Origin: Octopus sinensis
Taxonomy: Eukaryota
DNA: 64,000 nt
Assembly (NCBI RefSeq): GCF_006345805.1
Contig: NC_042997.1
Coordinates: 135,718,001 to 135,782,000 of the forward strand
Reading direction: 5' to 3'
Shown here piece after piece: positions 39,100 through 52,319 of this stretch (position 1 is the stretch's first letter; each line of letters begins with the position of its first letter). A program made the translations under genes and the position numbers. The notes under the pieces were generated by a model. The model was not told the origin of the DNA, ran no database searches, and worked only from the letters and a program-made list of their open reading frames with translations.

Positions 39100-39962
39100 T
39101 ACTTCTTTCCACCCCTTAATCGCAAAGTCCTGTGGCGACAGGCACGCGACGAAGCGACAGGTATGGATACACTGGAATTCGTAGCCGCAAACCTGAGCAC
39201 GGGCGGCTCAGGCCACAGGGTCGCTATTCACTGACCTGGAGCAGCAGTGGATTTCAACAGCGGGCTGGGCGACTGAGCAGTCCTATTTAGGAACGCACTG
39301 CTCACCTCCATGGCGTGAGGAGCGGACTAGAATAGGTGTCCCAAACATTGCCTCCTCCACCTACCCTAGCCAGCCTACCGCGCCTGGAGGGGATCCTACA
39401 AACTGTGGTCGAAACAAAGAATAAAGAAAAAGAGCGAGGAATACACCACTTATCCTCGCTGCTTGGAGCGTTCGTACGCTCCTTGACAGAAACGAGTCGG
39501 AGAGACCCCAGAGACGCACAGCACTCATAGAAAATGAACTCACCAGATATAACATAGACATTGCTGTTCTCAGCGAAACCAAGCTGCCGGGCGAAGGCTA
39601 ACTACAGGAAAAAGGTGCTGGATACACTTTCTTTTCGAGTGGATATGGACCTGAAGAGAGAAGAGAGACTGAGGTTGGCTTTGCAGTTAAGTCGACATTG
39701 GCTGGCAAGCTGGTTGGTCCCCTAAAAGGTATGAATGTTCGCCTAATGACGATGAGACTCCCCCTTTGTCGCGAACAGAAGTACACTACCATTGTCAGCG
39801 TCTATGCCCCCACCACGAAGAATCCAAATGAGACCAAGGACAAGTTCTATGAAGTCTTGAGCTTTATCATCACCGCGGCTCCTCACGCAGACAATCATTC
39901 TAGGTGACTTAGTGTCTCCTGAGAAGGAGTAATTGGGAACACGGAGTTGAAAATTGCAACAG
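39100..39962 (+). mobile_element. RTE-clade LINE 5' end: GC-rich UTR plus APE endonuclease, 3'-truncated
   Basis: LAAWSVRTLLDR...RRTALIENELTRYNIDIAVLSETKLPGEG...GYTFF...VGFAVK...RLMTMRLPL...SVYAPT...KDKFYE. Confidence 0.9.
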
Positions 39963-40330
39963 CACTGAATTTAAAATTTGAAATACTGTACTGATGAAGG
40001 GAATAAGTGAGTAGAAATATAAGTTTACATCTTTTTACAACTCTTTAACCCCGAGACGCGTATACAGTTAATCAAATCCGAGTGGATTCGTTAATTTTTT
40101 CCCCTTTATCTGCGTGAGTTGTAGAGTATTGTTGTCCGGAAGATATCTTATGGTAGTAGAATAGCATTTTAACTGCTATTTCTAAATTTCGGTATGTGGT
40201 GAAGCAAATTTTCCTGAACCCTAATTATAATTATGCTCATAGTTATAGTATTTTTGTATAAGTTTACCGATAAATGTTCTTTTAACATACCGAGCTACTT
40301 GGTAAAATTATGAATTATTGATTGATTAAT
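39963..40330 (+). mobile_element. PLE terminal repeat with hammerhead
   Basis: Hammerhead followed by the conserved GAATAGC..GCTATTTCTAAA hairpin shared with 38232 and 56090. Confidence 0.6.
39985..40068 (+). ncRNA. Hammerhead ribozyme with A14G core change
   Basis: ACTGTA-CTGATGA-A-GGG...CCC-GAGAC-GCGT-A-TACAGT; perfect 6-bp stem I, palindromic ACGCGT. Confidence 0.8.
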
Positions 40331-41014
40331 TCATGTTACCCTTTATTGATTGTATATATACATACATATATACATACATACATACATATATACATACATA
40401 CATATATATATATATATGCATGTGTGTGCGTGTGCATGTGTGTGTGAATGTCTTTGTTGTGTGTTTGTGTGCGTGTGCGTGTGTGTGTATGTGTGCATTT
40501 CTATCAAGTTACATTGTCATTTGTGCTAAAATATTTTTCTTTATATCACAGGTCCTTGACATTGCTTTTCACAAAAAACATACATTGTGCTCAATTAAAT
40601 TCTGATTTACAAAAATAGTAGACTGTATATTTAAGTATAATTAAATTTTACTTATTAATCTGTCGGGCTCAATTATATATATATCGATTATATTATCAGC
40701 ATGCTATTTAAAAATAGTATAAGTTCGAAGCACTCAAACCGATTTCCTGAAAAAAAAAATCTAGTGCTTGAAATGTTATAATTTCAGATTTACAGTGAAG
40801 ATATGAAATGAAATATCAATAAAGATCACATCTGGAGATTCTCCACACTAAACAAAACTTCACACACATTAATGCATATATATGTGCCTATATGTGTGTA
40901 TGTATATGTGCGTTGAGGTAGGGCGTAAATATATGTATGCATATATGAATGAGTCTTTCTGTGTTTATATATCTATTTTAAAGTATAATTTTACAACACA
41001 TAAATGCAAGTATG

Positions 41015-41052
<38 letters not shown>

Positions 41053-41076
41053 GGGGTTGTTGTTTATGTATGTGAA

Positions 41077-41378
41077 GGCGCATGACTCAGTGGTTAGAGC
41101 AGCGAGCTTACGATCGTGAGGTTCTGAGTTCGATTCCCGCATGCTGTTTTCTTGAGCAACACACCTTATTTCCTGAAGTACACTCAACTGTAGAAATGAG
41201 TTGTAACGTTTCCCTTGGATAACATTGGTGGCGTAGAGATGGGAGGCTGTTATGCATGGGCGACTGTTGGTCTTCTATAAAACAACACTAGGTTGTGCGT
41301 TCGCTGGTGAGGCTACTTTCCTACTCATTGGAGGGAACCTCTAAGGTGCACCCATGACAATTCGTGACCGACGAGTGT
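41077..41378 (+). mobile_element. SINE family C
   Basis: GGCGCATGACTCAGTGGTTAGAGC...GAGTTCGATTCCC...TTCTTGAGCAACAC...CTGTAGAAATGAG. Confidence 0.85.
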
Positions 41379-41495
41379 ATACATATATATAAGGTTAATC
41401 CAAGCATGAAAACACAAAGAGAAAACACAACAACGCGAGGGCGTGGAACAAGTATAGTGTTATTGAACGCTCAGGAAAGGAAAGAAAGAAGGAGG

Positions 41496-41530
41496 GTTTA
41501 ACGTTTCGAGCGGAGCTCTTCGTCAGAAAC
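41496..41530 (-). ncRNA. Intact 35-nt minimal hammerhead ribozyme in a PLE terminus (about 41390-41600)
   Basis: GTTT-CTGACGA-A-GAGC(TCC)GCTC-GAAAC-GT-T-AAAC. Confidence 0.8.
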
Positions 41531-41659
41531 ATAGGAAAAGGAAAGATCCAAGGAAGGGAAGATGGAGGAAAAAAATCGACAACGATACACACGCGGCCAC
41601 ATTTTGAATGACCGGAAAGGGATGGGTGAAGAAAAAGTTTTTTCAAAGCCAGGAGAGTG

Positions 41660-42800
41660 CAAGAGGAGGTATGTGTGTGTAAGTGTGGATATGTGCGTGC
41701 GCCCAGGTCTGTGTACGTGTATAATGACAGCACGTGTGTCTGCGTGTGTGTATGTCTGTGTGTGTGGTTGTGGCTGTTAATCTATGCGTGTGGTTGGGCT
41801 TAGTATCGTTTAAGGTCAAGGGAGAATTAAGCAGGAGTGGCTGTTGTGTCTACCTACCCATGTACGTAGAAGAATGGTCAGTGGAAGGTACTGGTAGTTT
41901 GAAGTACGTGTGTGTGCGTGTATGTATATGTATTGTGTGTGTGTTTGCTTGTAGTATGTGTGTGTGCGTGTGTATATGTATGTATGTGTGTGTCCGTGTG
42001 TGTATACGTAGAGGTTGTGTGTGGAGGGAATAACTATGCTTTACTTTGTGTATGTGTGCGTGTGTGCTTGTATGTGCGTATGTGTGTATACATGTATGTA
42101 TAATTGTGTGCGTGTGTGTATGAGTGTGTGTTGTGTGTATGGGAGGTATGTGTGGGTTCATTTGTGTGTGTGTGTATGTGCGTGCGTGTCGTATGTGCAT
42201 GTAGTTGTGTGAGCGTGTATGTGTGCGTGCGTATGTGTGTGCGTGTATGTGTATGTGGGTGTATATACGTGTATTCGTGGGGTTGTGAGTGTTAGGTGTG
42301 TGCATTCGTGTGCGTGTGTGCGTGCGTATGTGTGCTCATGCTTGTGTGCGTGTGTGTCGGTCTATATGTGTATACGTATGTGTATGTGTGTGTGCGCGTG
42401 TATGCATATATTGTGTGTGTATGTATATGTATAGGTGTGTATGTGAATTTGTGTATGTGTGTGTGCGCGGGTTATGTGTGTTGGTGTTTGTGGAGTTTGT
42501 GTAGGTGTAATGTGCGTGCGTGTGCTTGTGTGTATGTGTGTATGTATATTTGTATACATATGCATATATATGTACACACGTAGATGCATACATGCATACA
42601 CACATATACATACATACACGTATACACACACATATGTGAATGTATGTATACATGCATGCATATACGAACCTGTGTTTTGCTGCTTGTTTATACTGAGGCA
42701 TTCTTATTATACATAATATTAGAGCTATAAAAGAACGATTTACAACAGCGATACGCGTATTTGTTCGCGTATGTGTGTGCGAGCACACGCGTGTATCTAT
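41660..42800. repeat. Long degenerate (TG)-rich low-complexity tract
   Basis: Mixed TG/TGCG/TGTA repeats; source of many spurious ORFs. Confidence 0.9.
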
Positions 42801-43115
42801 ATATATATACTGCATATATATATATATACTGCATATATATATATATATATATATATGTATAAATTGATAAAACACGTTTTATCAATTCAAAATGAATAAT
42901 TAAATTACACCCTCTAGAAAATTACATATACTAGAAACCTTAGAATTAGAATAACAATTAAAAAGTAAAGATTAAGTAAATTACAAAAATAAATAATGTA
43001 TATAATAGGTAGAAAAACAATAATATAATATATATATATATATATATATAATATATATATTATATATATATATATATTATATATATATATATATATTATA
43101 TATATATATATATAT

Positions 43116-43149
<34 letters not shown>

Positions 43150-43200
43150 ATATATATATACATATATATATTACGTATACGCATGTAATCTTGTATATGT

Positions 43201-43249
<49 letters not shown>

Positions 43250-43277
43250 TGTATACATATGCATACATCCTCATTTA

Positions 43278-43993
43278 CAGGGTCACTGATATAAAAGTCA
43301 CTGATGGGTTTCAATATTTAACAACTTCCTTAAATTTACAAATAAATGCATGAAATTTTGATACAATGTAAAGGACATAATAGAAATGAATATACATAAG
43401 GCAAATGTTGCAACACCACTACATCACATATCAAAAATGACATAACTTAAATGACGGCCATTTTCGGCTTCGCACGCCTGTACTCTTTCCAAAGCTTGCA
43501 CCATAACACCCTCAAGAGTTTCCAACCGCACTTCTCTGATTTCTTCATTAATGTTCACGTTCAGTTGCACCAGGGTCTCCGGTCTATTGTCGTAAACTCT
43601 ATCTTTCAGGTATCCATGATAGAGACATTTTTGCACCCGGCCGTTCAAAGTAGGCTTCACAAATGGTTTCAGCAATATGGGGTCACTGCTCATACCGCAA
43701 GAGAAACAATGCAGTTGCTACAGCAGTGGTTTGGAGAAAGAATAGTCTCCTGTGACGGCAATGTCAGCTGGCCTTATCCTTCCCAAGAGGGTGTTATGGT
43801 GCAAGTTTTCGAAAGAGCATGGGCGCGCGAAGGCGAAAATGGCCGACATTTAAGCGATGTCATTTTTTCATTTGGTAGTGTTGCAAAAGTTGACTTATGT
43901 CCTCTATACTGTATCAACATTTCATGCATTTATTTGTATAATTAAGGAAGTTGTTAAGAATTGAAACCCATCAGTGACGTTTGGGACACCCTG
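43278..43993. mobile_element. Tc1/mariner-derived fold-back element with TA TSD
   Basis: TA|CAGGG...CCCTG|TA; long inverted arms; transposase fragments WFQQYGVTAHTARETM...VSWP (+) and YLKDRVYDNRPETL...ENGRHLS (both strands). Confidence 0.9.
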
Positions 43994-44083
43994 TATAAAT
44001 ATATATATATATATATATATATACACTCATATATATATATACACACACACATATATACATATATATATACTTATATATATTAC

Positions 44084-44121
<38 letters not shown>

Positions 44122-44229
44122 TACATCCATATGTGTTTATATAGATAGATACATACATACATATATGTATACATACATACCCACGCACTGAAGCAGACAC
44201 GTAGACATATGTGTGGATGTGCGTGTGTA

Positions 44230-44291
<62 letters not shown>

Positions 44292-47200
44292 CCTTTATTG
44301 GAAGTTCTTCCATTATTGGTATATGCTACAAAAATAAACAGAAAAACGAGAGCACTCAGTAGACTTTTCAACTCCCATAACTCTGTCCAAAAAGAAAATG
44401 AATTAAAAACTTTGAAAAACCGATTCCATTATTGAGGATTTTATATATACTCTGTAGAGAAATTAAATTCTGAAGCGACATAATTACTTCTGAAATATGA
44501 GAATATGCAAATAATGCAGCAGAAACTGTATTTGGAAGAAAGCGTAAAGTATACAAGAACTGAAGTGAAAACGGTTTTATTGCTTCCGAAAAAAATATTT
44601 ACTTTTGCTAAAATTTTAACCGTGAAAAATAAAAATATTACTATATACTGTATGCAACAACTAATACAAAATCTCCTGCGTCATTGCTATAAGCCAATTT
44701 GGAGACTCATGAGTATCTTCACCAACACACAACTAAACTGATTTCTTCTCTGAAAAGTTTAATTTTGAATTGATTCAGCGCGCTATGCTTATCATCGATC
44801 ATCTCACACCTATTATACCCGTAAATAATAGCCTCTACTGAATTTCAATAACCGATTTCTTAAATGTCTTCAGGAATGACTACAGATTTCTGTCACAATA
44901 GCGCTAATCCAATGCCTTCTTAGTAAATTGTAAGAATGAGAACGAAGCAATAATCTTCTTAACTAGGTTCCAAAAATGAATAGGATTTCTAATAAATAGA
45001 AGCACATTTTATGAAAATAATTACCTGTTGTGTGTAAGAGTGGGTGTAAGTATGCGTGGGTGTTTCTGCGTGCTTGTTTGTGAACAGTTATAACTCATAC
45101 AATGAAAATGACTCAGTATACAACTGAGCTCCCTTAACACATGTTTAAATTAAGCACACACACTCACATACATAAATATATATGTTTATCTGTCGATGCA
45201 AATCGTATATGAAATGCACCTGCGCCTTGTATAACAAACGTGTAACAAAAGTTCAACTAAACTCGGCATCCAAATATATTAAACTAGTTGGCATAAGAAT
45301 GTTCTTAGAACAAGGTTACAAATATACATTTGTACTCCAGTAAATAATTTACTCCTTATTTTACTTATGTTTAAGCATCATCTACATTGAAATGCTCTCC
45401 TTTAGTATGTGCACATAGATTCTTGTGCATCTTGCATTCGTTAAAATATTGCAAACTTCCTCTTATTTAACACCATATTATATCACCTGTGATTCCGTTT
45501 TAATTTCAGCTACAGTCAGCAGTTTTATTTTGAGATATATAATGATGTTAAAAAGGTGTAGTTTAGACGAGTTTGGAGAATGTGAAATGACCACTATTTT
45601 GTTCGTTGTCAAAATATCCGTGGCGCCGAAGGAAAAGTGAGCGAATGAGTTATCATAATGCAATACCCAACTATATTATAACATCGATCCGATTTTTTTC
45701 TTTGCAGACCATCTCTGAAAAACCTCAAAAGAATAAACTAAAAATTCACCGCACATATTCTGTTCTTGACGACGAAAAGAAATCAAAGGACCGGTTTTTC
45801 TTTTGCACAACAAATTGTCATACTTTCTTTAGTCTACATTTGAAGGTAAGAAATCTTTACGTTCAGGAATAGGCGTTAATAGATGTTAGTAACATCTTCC
45901 CATTAACACATCAGAAATTGCTTTTAATATTTCTATAGTATCTCGCTGAAATTTTACATCAACCACATATTGTCCCTAGAAGTCGAATGTATTTCACCTT
46001 ATAGATGATAAGAACTATATTTTCTTTACAATTGATTGGTCGAAAAAACTTTGAGGAGTCATTTATCGGACGTAGCTGCATTTTGCAAGGTTTTCAGCAA
46101 GGTGCAACCTAGACACCGTTGTTCATTCAAACGACACTTCTCGCCTGAAGTTTACATTATTATCGTCGTTTAGCACTTGGAAATATTATATTAATCCCTT
46201 TTAATTGCAACAAAATTATTTTCATGTGAACTGAAAAAGAAGTGCATGGTAGACCTTAGTATTAGGTTTTGATATAGCAATTAGAAATATCCTAACGAAA
46301 TGTATATAATATAGCAATATGCAAATATGCTGTTAATACGTAAGTGTACTTTTGGTGAATACAATAGATAATGTTACGCTGTATCTAAGTGTCACGTGTT
46401 GATAATGTTGCTGCTGTTAGTAGTATTTTGCGTGACCAGTGAGAGGATTGTATGTGTATGTACAATTCGCAAATATTTCAAGCACAAAATATAGCAGAAT
46501 AGCGTCCAAAGTGATATTTAGGAGAATCTAAGTAATTTATTAATAATTTGATTTGTATGTTGCATATTGTGGTAAAAATAGAATGGGATAGAATGTCGAA
46601 TACTTGGAATAAGATATAACATTGATGACACTTATAAATACTATTTTCATTGTTTCAAAGCGAAAGTGCAAAATTATGGTCCGAAATATAATCGAAATGT
46701 ATATAAAACATGGGCCACTAAGTCGGCCTTTATGGATAAGAAACAGGTCCGAATGCCTATTAACCGTCCCTATCCAACTGTCCTAATCAGAAACAACGTC
46801 TTTTCGTAAATCATGAATGAAAGAATTGCAACAGTGAAGGCACTGAAAAGAGGCCATGCTGTTGACGGTTTCAGCACTTTCGTTGAACTTTTCGTTTTCT
46901 TTTATTTGTCTTTGATCAATAACAACATCAACGTGAACGTATCGCATAAACACATAACGGAATGAAAGTACCATCAGTTTTTCGATGTACGTGTTGTTAC
47001 ATATATAGTGATGTATGCATTGTGACATAAGTTCAGAGGGAAGTAATGAAAATAATGACAAAATTTTAAAATAGAGAAGCGAGGTTATTGTCAGTTAACT
47101 ATGATTAGCAGAAACAAAAATTATAAAGGAAATGTTGATAAATTCCTTTGAAAGTATATTTTATGTATTTAATCCAATGAGTAAGAATTAGGCATAGTAG

Positions 47201-47735
47201 TCACACAATCTTTATGTAACTGAGCCCACATGAAGTGATCTGGTTATCATACACAGTTTTAATGTACTGTTTAAATTTTTTCCGAATTTATTCAATCAAA
47301 ATAATGTGAAAACCAGTTAATATGTCCATGAAATGACGGTTATCACACATAACATTCATAACTTGAAAGAAATTCAGCGTCGAATTGTAAAGAGTTCGTT
47401 TGTTTGACAATTGATTCAAATAATTGTTTTCACTATTATTAGTTTCATTTTTGAAAATCAGTTATTTCAGTCGCAGCCATAATCTTTCCTTGGTGTTAGG
47501 GACTTAATATTATGATACTAGCCTTATATGTAGATGTTGAGATCAGTGTCTAGCAGTTAGATTCGAACATGCTATTGGTTATGCAATTTTAAGCGGTGAC
47601 TTTCAATATCGATAAGATATATTAAATGAATTCCGATGCTTACCCCTGTATGAGTGGTGGATATATAAGTCTATATTGATTGAAGTAATAAATTCACCAC
47701 ATGGTTTTATGTGAAGATACGGTACTGGAATGCGT

Positions 47736-47783
<48 letters not shown>

Positions 47784-48445
47784 CGATGACGACGATTGGG
47801 ACAGTGTTTTTCAATCAATGAAGAATGATGAAGTATCTCAATCCGAAAGAATGATTACGATAAGATTTTGTAAACAAACGAACGTTATTAACAAACAAGT
47901 TTTGTAGTCATAACAACGTTCAACGAAATAAAATTTCTGAGAAATGCAAAATACTTCAATTTCATTGGTAGTTACTATTTCTAATATATTGGATGACCAT
48001 TGAGGCAAGGGAATTGATTGTTTCACAATGTTTCGGAAATGGGAAACGTAGAAGTAAAATTTGGCATGGCATAGTTGGAGCATATTAAGAGCGTTATCCA
48101 ATTTAAAGAACCAAATTCAATAAGCATAGTGTGTTAGGAGTTCAACGTGAGATTAAGTATTAAAAATGATTGTATATTTAAAAATAAAGTGACTGGAAAA
48201 GGCGATGCATTTTGAATACAAGTCTGAAATATGTTTGATAATATTAGGTAATGCTTCAATATATGATAACTTGAAAATGAGTTTAGTATTAGAAAAAGGA
48301 GGAAAAATCAGCAATATAACAGGAAGAAATCGTAATGTATGAAAGAGAAATGATTGAAAAACAGAAAAAAACATTTTGGTAGAAAGAGACAGATAAAAGG
48401 AAAAATAAATTTAGAAATGAAATACAACTACAATTTTCTGATATT

Positions 48446-48593
48446 TGAAACGTAAAATTAACTTAAGCTAGCTTTCAATATGTGTGCGGGGGCGAGTCCC
48501 AATGAAGGTGAATTACGAAGATCTGGAGTTCTGCATATGTACTATAAAGAAAGCTGGAAGACGTGAAGGAAGAACCATTATTTAAATTCATAT
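48446..48593 (+). repeat. Second copy of 38933-39082 repeat
   Basis: Direct sequence match. Confidence 0.9.
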
Positions 48594-48651
48594 ACAGATA
48601 TATATTTCTAATTTATGTGTGTTGCGATGGCAAATGACAAAATATTATATG

Positions 48652-48743
<92 letters not shown>

Positions 48744-49279
48744 ATCGATGTGCGTGGCGATGGCATATAACGAAATTATATACATTTCTCGATATCGAGA
48801 TTTTGCTTAGTCCTTATATTACAAAAGAAATGTTATAAATGCAGGTTTTAAATTAACATTGTAGATAATATTGTAGTATTTAACTATATTATATAAGTAT
48901 ATACAACTATGCGAATATTGCATTGTAGCTGCGAACTTATCTTATTATTAAACTTCTCCGTTAAGGCATACACTGAACTGCAAAAGAAACGCAATTTTAT
49001 TTTTTTCAAATGTCATTTTTATATGGGAAATTCTGAAAATTTATTTCGGGGATGTAAGACTAAATATTCCAAGAGATGCTGGTTTATGGATGAGACCCAA
49101 ATTCCAGGTAACCTTTCAACTTCCCCTGAAACGAGACGCCGAAACGCATCTGCGTTGAATGACGTGAAATGACTCAGCCGCAAACAATTGTCATGCAAAC
49201 CGAAATGCACGTGCATTTTGTGGAGGTTGTGGGTATAAAAATCAACTTGAACAGCAATCCTGGCAGTCGAAATTTGTCC

Positions 49280-51331
49280 TTTCTTGTGTTTGTTTTGGTG
49301 TCATTTCTACTGCTAAGTACCTGTTTTATATTGCTTGTTGTAGGTTTTCTCTTTTGGGATTACGTGTTGCTATCAATTTGTTTCTGCGTCTTTTGACGCA
49401 CTGCCTGCGGTAGCAGGCTTATGTTTCCCCCGTTTAGGGGGGAATTATTTTTTCTCTGCAAATGCAGTGCAGCATGGAGGTTGATAGGTTCCACTGTGAA
49501 TCAGAGGACCACGTCGTGGAACAGGCGCTTGAACAGGCTCAAATTAACAATATCGGAGTCAGTGACTCGTCCATAGCCAAAGGTGGCAGTTATGCTTCTA
49601 TGGTCGAAGTAACCAGCGAGGGAATGTAGGTCAGTCGAGAAAGGCTCGAAGATTATAAGAACATAATCCAGAAGGAGAGGGTCAAACTTAAGATTGACCC
49701 CCGCCCCCGAGGAAGTTATGGATAGCACGAAAAAGAAAACATCATCTATAGAACATTATCAACGGCAATAAAAAGATAGAGATGGCATCCAAGGATACCA
49801 TCGTAAAATGTTTACGCCAGATATGGAACGAAACAAAGTTCATAACCAGAGGAAAACGTTTCGGTACGATAGTGGTGAGATTTGGTTTCGAAAATGAAAC
49901 AATAAAACACTCGTCTACACGTCTAAAGTTGGCAGAGCTGGTGCTATTGCTGACTTACTTCAGTAGACGGACCTCCAAGATGAGAATTGGGGAGGTCCCA
50001 CCAGAGATAAAGGAGGTGTGGCAGATAGAAACCATAATGTTAGACAGGAAAGAGAAGGTATATATACTGTAAGAGATCAAAACACAACAGCTGAACGGCT
50101 GGGACGATGGCCTGGAAGTAACAATTCGAGCCACGCAAAGAGATCTTGAAGAAATTACAGATCTAATCATCCTGTCCGATAAAACAAAATTAAGAGTGTT
50201 AGTAGAGGGCAGAAGCCCAAGGTGCTACCAATACAAGGAAAAAGGCCACATAAAGGCTAAGTGCCCAAGATTTTTCAACCGGTGAAACACCCTACACCCA
50301 GCTTTCCCATACAATCACTCGAACCAAAGGTCATTAAATCAGATAAACCCACCAGCCTACAAATGACCGTCAGGCCTAAGGAGGGTAAGACAACACTCGA
50401 AAAGAAAAGAATGTAACTGAGACATCAAAACAACCCGAATTAGGGATAACAGAAACAGAAGAAAGACCCATGAAAAATGCCCACATCGAACATTCACCAA
50501 CTGAAAGCAGCGACGTTGAAGAGTAGGCCAGCAAAAGAGGAATACAAGACGTACCTCCAACTCCGCCTAAAATTTTACCAACCGCAAATCAAGACCAGCA
50601 ACCACAAAGTACACACATAACTCAAACAAAGACAACCAACAATACGATATCACACATTTCCCACACAAGACGCAAACAACCTACTCGTTCGCCACTCACA
50701 ATCCATTCACGAGAAGATTTTACCACCACCATCACCTAGGAAAACAGTCACCATCCCTAGTCCAGTCCCTCCAGACACAGATTCAGAAATTCCACGCACA
50801 TATACACTTGCTGACACACAAAAGACGTGAGGGTCTCCCTCCCCGAAAAACGTCCTTCATAATGACTTATAAGACAAAGGACAATCATAAAGACGAAACT
50901 ACTTATCGGGGATTTTGCCCCACATACGAGATGTGCTCTCATAGATAAAGAGAAGCGCCAGAAACTGAGGGAGGCATTTGAGTCAGATATGTCTCCCTTA
51001 GGACTGAAGGTGGTGATTGATTCACTGCTTCCGGTTATCGACCACAGTGATTTGAATGCACAGGTTATTAAAAAGTATTTTTTAATTAAGAAAAAAAATG
51101 TATGTTTAAAGAAAGAGATAAAAAAGAGACTCCAAAGTTGTAATCATTAGACTACAAAAGTAAAAAGAAGGGGCTAAAGGAAGCTACTTGGGGCTGTGGC
51201 ACGAGTAGCCGTCATTCCACCGTCTCATGTTTTATATTTCATCTTTTTTGTCATTCGTTTTTTCCCCGCATTTTATCTTTCTCTGTCCTTGTGCCGCCCC
51301 TCCCTGTTGGGCCTTTATGGCTAGAATAAAA
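49280..51331 (+). mobile_element. ORF1-only (HAL1-like) retroelement B
   Basis: Gag-like ORF, Pro/Thr-rich continuation, 3' UTR ending GGGCCTTTATGGCTAGAATAAAA; no RT; 5' boundary approximate. Confidence 0.6.
49650..50285 (+). pseudogene. ORF1/gag-like zinc-knuckle protein pseudogene
   Basis: 49782-50285 in one frame with one internal TAA (50070-50072); ends VLVEGRSPRCYQYKEKGHIKAKCP; frameshifted upstream homology. Confidence 0.7.
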
Positions 51332-51358
51332 TCAATTCGTAATTTGAACGCATCAGGT

Positions 51359-52319
51359 ATGATGCAGATAGAATAAGCTGTCGGTCGATTGTAAGCAGGA
51401 CAGCATGCTCCGGTTGTCGCGAAAGCTTACAATATCCATGTCAGCACCATCTATCGCCTGCAACAGCGATACAACACCTACAATACTGCAGACCGTGCCC
51501 GCAGAGGGTGCCCCGGCTGACCACGTCCAGGCAGAATCGCTTCATCCACCCGCAACACCTTTGTGATCGCTTCAGACTGGCCAGCGTGACAGCTTGCGAG
51601 GCCATTGGCACTGGACAGCGATCTATCAACGACGATACGGTACGACGCCGACTGGCCGCCAACAACCTGCGTTGCTGTCGTCCTCCTCTAGGGCCTGTCC
51701 TCACAGCCCGCCGCCGTCAGACACGACTACAGTGGGCTATACAGCACCGATATTGGCGGCATCAACAATGGAGGTCGATAGTCTTCTCTGACGAGAGCCG
51801 GTACTGCGTTTCCACCCCGAATGGCAGAGTAAGAGTGTGGTGAAGGAGGGGTGAACGCTACAGAGACGCATGTATCATCAAGAGACATGGATGGGATAGC
51901 GAAACCATCATGGTTTAGGGTGCTATAGGCTTGAATCAGAGAACTGAGCCCCGTATGTTCCAAAATGTTGGTGCAGGCCGAGGGAATGTCATCACAGCGT
52001 AGCGCTACGTTTACCAGATCCTAAGACCTCACATCGTGACTTTCTTCGCACGTCTCCAGATCCACATGTTCCAGCAGGACAATGCTCCTTCCCACACGGC
52101 CAGGGTCACAATGGACTTCCTGCGTCAACACAACTTCAGAATAATGCCGTAGTCGGCTCTCAGCCCAGATTTGGCTGAGTTAGGTTGTGCCAAGGCTGGG
52201 AACTCGTGTGGAACTGTAGGCAGCTTTTCTCGGGGTGCCGATGACTTTTGTAAACCACCCCATGCACTCCATGGTGTATGGCCGTTTTAAACACCCAGGG
52301 AGGGCACACACGGCATTGA
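51359..52319 (+). pseudogene. Tc1 transposase pseudogene
   Basis: HTH (AYNIHVSTIYRL), GxPR-like linker, IVFSDES, FQQDNAPSH, SPDL, C-terminal GGHTRH; third catalytic E motif deleted. Confidence 0.9.

Noticed and set aside
39170-39400. HDV-like or twister ribozyme call in the RTE UTR
   Set aside because: Could not place L3, P1.1 and J4/2 canonically; kept only as a structured UTR
46783-47061. 92-aa minus-strand ORF ending in a CxxC-like motif
   Set aside because: No recognisable family or exon boundaries; would need homology or RNA-seq support
47701-47907. ORF with poly-Asp run
   Set aside because: Run is a (GAT)n microsatellite; no splice signals or domain support
49120-49160. CTGAAACGA...CGAAACGCATCTGCGT as a hammerhead
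   Set aside because: No valid CUGANGA or stem II; lies inside the Tc1 left arm
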